The notes under the pieces are model-generated. The model worked only from the letters and a program-made list of their open reading frames with translations. It made no database searches and was not told where the DNA came from. DNA of 64,000 bases from Lama glama (taxonomy: Eukaryota): positions 7,256,001-7,320,000 of the forward strand of contig CM052817.1 of NCBI GenBank assembly GCA_028534125.1, given 5' to 3'. This document shows positions 63,095 through 64,000 of the stretch, piece by piece (within the stretch, counting starts at the first letter, position 1; the number at the start of each line of letters is the position of its first letter). Made by a program: the position numbers and the translations under genes.

Positions 63095-63300
63095 TAATGG
63101 TATAAAATTTCATTTTTTTGAGATCCTACTATAATTCAGAAAATGTGCAGGGGAAGTTACATATATTGCTCCAGTTAATATTCACAGTAACTATGTGGGG
63201 TAAGTAAATATCTTTATCCCTGTTTTACAGACAAGGACACTGAGATTTCTAGAAACTATAGAACTTGCTTAAGATTTCGTAACAACTAAGGCTTTGAAAT
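63095..63300 (-). mobile_element. MIR SINE
   Basis: ttcacagtaactatgtggggtaagt…tatccctgttttacagacaaggacactgag…aacttgcttaagattt. Confidence 0.7.
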
Positions 63301-64000
63301 AAGAAAACATATTTCCAGTTTTTTCCATTTGCTACAAGAAGTCAGAAGTCCAAAATTTATATGAGATCACTCCATTTCTAACTTTCAGCAGCTAATTTAA
63401 AACACGTGTTTCACACATATATGCAGGCCAGATTTTCCCCATAGGCTGTCAGATTGTGGTCTTTATTTTTTGCAAGGATGAGTGACTGTTGTCTAATGCA
63501 ACTTTAGAAGTGCTTGGGAAGACTTTTATAACTTGCACCCCCTCCTTTGTTCATGGATGATTCTAAATCTATCACCATTGTGTATGCCCTTACACAACCC
63601 AGGAAGAATTAAAGTTTCAAAATGCCTATCCGTTTGGCAGGTACTCCTCTACCCAACCCCTGCACAAAGGAATGTTACAGGTTACATAAGATATAAATGA
63701 CTACACTTGGACTCCATGCCTAGGATGTAAAGAAGGGACCAGTGAGTGTTTACGCACGTGGAGGGAGCTCCAGTGGTGTTGGAGGAATGATGCTGGAAGG
63801 GACAACAGCATTCCAGCTTCTTCCCATTTATAACCCTAATTAACCCTTGTAGTCAGGTAGGAGAGTTAAGGAATACTTTAATTTCAGTGTGTATCCACCA
63901 GACTGGACTCAGTGTGTCTAAGTCCAGGCTTACAATTTTTCTGTAGCACCATAAGAGATTTCATATAGGACCTAATTGTTGGCATTTCAAAGGAGCAAAG

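Noticed and set aside
1..64000. CRISPR arrays, operons, tRNA/rRNA genes or phage/defence systems
   Set aside because: No regularly spaced repeats, structured RNA signatures or gene-dense architecture seen; the sequence is mammalian repeat-rich non-coding DNA.

Overview
AT-rich mammalian non-coding DNA (intronic or intergenic), most likely from a camelid. That assignment is inferred from many copies of an L1 3' end (…tgctgtacaccagaaattgacacaacattgtaaactgactata…polyA) of the alpaca L1_Vpa type, and from the absence of recognisable Alu, BovB/Bov-A or PRE-1 elements. I found no protein-coding gene, RNA gene, CRISPR array or prokaryotic system; the ORF track is chance ORFs, N-gap artefacts and decayed retroelement frames. 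The window is a layered record of transposons: MIR, L2, L3/CR1, L1M, MaLR/ERVL/ERV1 LTRs and hAT/Tigger MITEs. It also holds two decayed ERVL internal segments (gag-protease-RT at about 47.1-49.7 kb; integrase tail and dUTPase at about 16.3-16.9 kb) and four fixed-length assembly gaps. The best-supported curiosities are retrotransposition micro-architecture: a hAT MITE inserted in the ERVL RT YxDD motif, a ~100 bp twin-primed L1 with a perfect 17-bp TSD, and two probable L1 3' transductions, one ending at an LTR poly(A) signal. Several repeat-poor blocks may be enhancers, and one may be a terminal exon. I do not see evidence of a genuinely novel biological system. Repeat family names come from my recall of consensus sequences, not from a search, and boundaries of old repeats are approximate.
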